DNA from: Anaeromyces robustus
Lineage: Eukaryota
Direction: 5' to 3'
Length of the DNA: 64,000 nt
Assembly: GCA_002104895.1 (NCBI GenBank)
Contig: MCFG01000060.1
Coordinates: 124,001 to 188,000 of the forward strand
The translations under genes were made by a program, and so were the position numbers. The notes under the pieces are model-generated. The model saw only the letters and a program-made list of their open reading frames with translations, had not been told where the DNA came from and ran no database searches. This document shows positions 62,235-64,000 of the stretch, in pieces (position 1 is the stretch's first letter; every line of letters starts with the position of its first letter).

Positions 62235-62291
<57 letters not shown>

Positions 62292-62599
62292 TATAAATAA
62301 TAAAAGTATGTTAGTATAAAAAATATAAATTATAATGAAAAATTAAAAATATTCATCAACTATACTGATATAATGTAGTTGATGAATATTTATTTTCATA
62401 TACTATACAAAATATATTAATTAATTTATAATAATAGATAATAGCTTCATTTATTTTATTTATTATATTATATAATACTTATAAATAATAAAAAATAATT
62501 GTTATCTATTTTTTTGTAATATTAAATAACTATTAAATAAAAAATTATAAATATATATATTCAAACTTTTATTTTATATATTATTATTATTAAAATTTA

Positions 62600-63431
<832 letters not shown>

Positions 63432-64000
63432 ATAAGAAATAAAAAAATAAAAAAATAAAAAGTGATTATTACAAAAAATTTATTTTATATTTATACTAAT
63501 TTATTTTATATAAAACTCAAAATATTTGTCCCATTCTAATAAATAAAAATAGGAATAATAATTTTTCCTTTTTTTTAATTATTGGTTATATTTATTCCTA
63601 TTATAATTATTTGTAAAAATGTTTAAATTTATTAAGTTTTTTTTTTTTTTAAAAAAAAAAAGTAATTTATTCGTTTTGAAATAAACTATAAAGTATATTA
63701 ATATTTAAATTTAAATTATATATAATATAATTAGTATTTATTTGTTTTTTTCTGTTTTTTTTTTTAAAAAAAAAAACTGTTAAGTATTAATAAATCTTAT
63801 AATATATCAAATGTTAATTATAACGTTTATACATAATTTTATATAAATGGAATAAATTATTTTTTTTAACAATATACATTATAATATATGAAGATCTTGA
63901 AATAATCTTTTTTTTTTTTTTATCTATTTAACAATATGTCATATCATATATTTAATATTTAAAAGTATCTATCTAATATCTATTTTATTTAATTTTATTT

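Overview
Extremely AT-rich eukaryotic DNA with spliceosomal GT-AG introns, (AAT)n/(TTTA)n microsatellites and Asn-rich proteins. A tandem CBM10-type fungal dockerin enzyme and beta-helix/EGF class-C-like GPCRs point to an anaerobic gut fungus (Neocallimastigomycota; inference). Contents, spliced by hand: (1) a tandem array of three paralogous single-pass proteins (1-10970); the two complete copies are signal peptide + Cys cap + one-LRR-per-exon ectodomain + Asn stalk + TM + a cytosolic tail with two copies of a 28-aa 'LPPxY-ENA..S...L..RII.LL' module. (2) An intronless, LRR-less single-pass protein (13462-14475) with one diverged copy of the same module. Together these are the best candidate for an undescribed receptor/adaptor system. 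(3) A minus-strand TACC-domain gene. (4) ERO1 with a C-terminal TM helix and KKxx end. (5) A GT34 glycosyltransferase. (6) A dockerin-bearing CE1/LpqC-type esterase with 13 FPGF Gly-rich repeats. (7) Two tandem ~21-exon beta-helix/EGF/7TM GPCR genes, followed by a decayed duplicate of the first gene's 3' end. Several minisatellites and hairpins are also present. No tRNA, rRNA or CRISPR array was recognised. All exon coordinates were inferred by eye.
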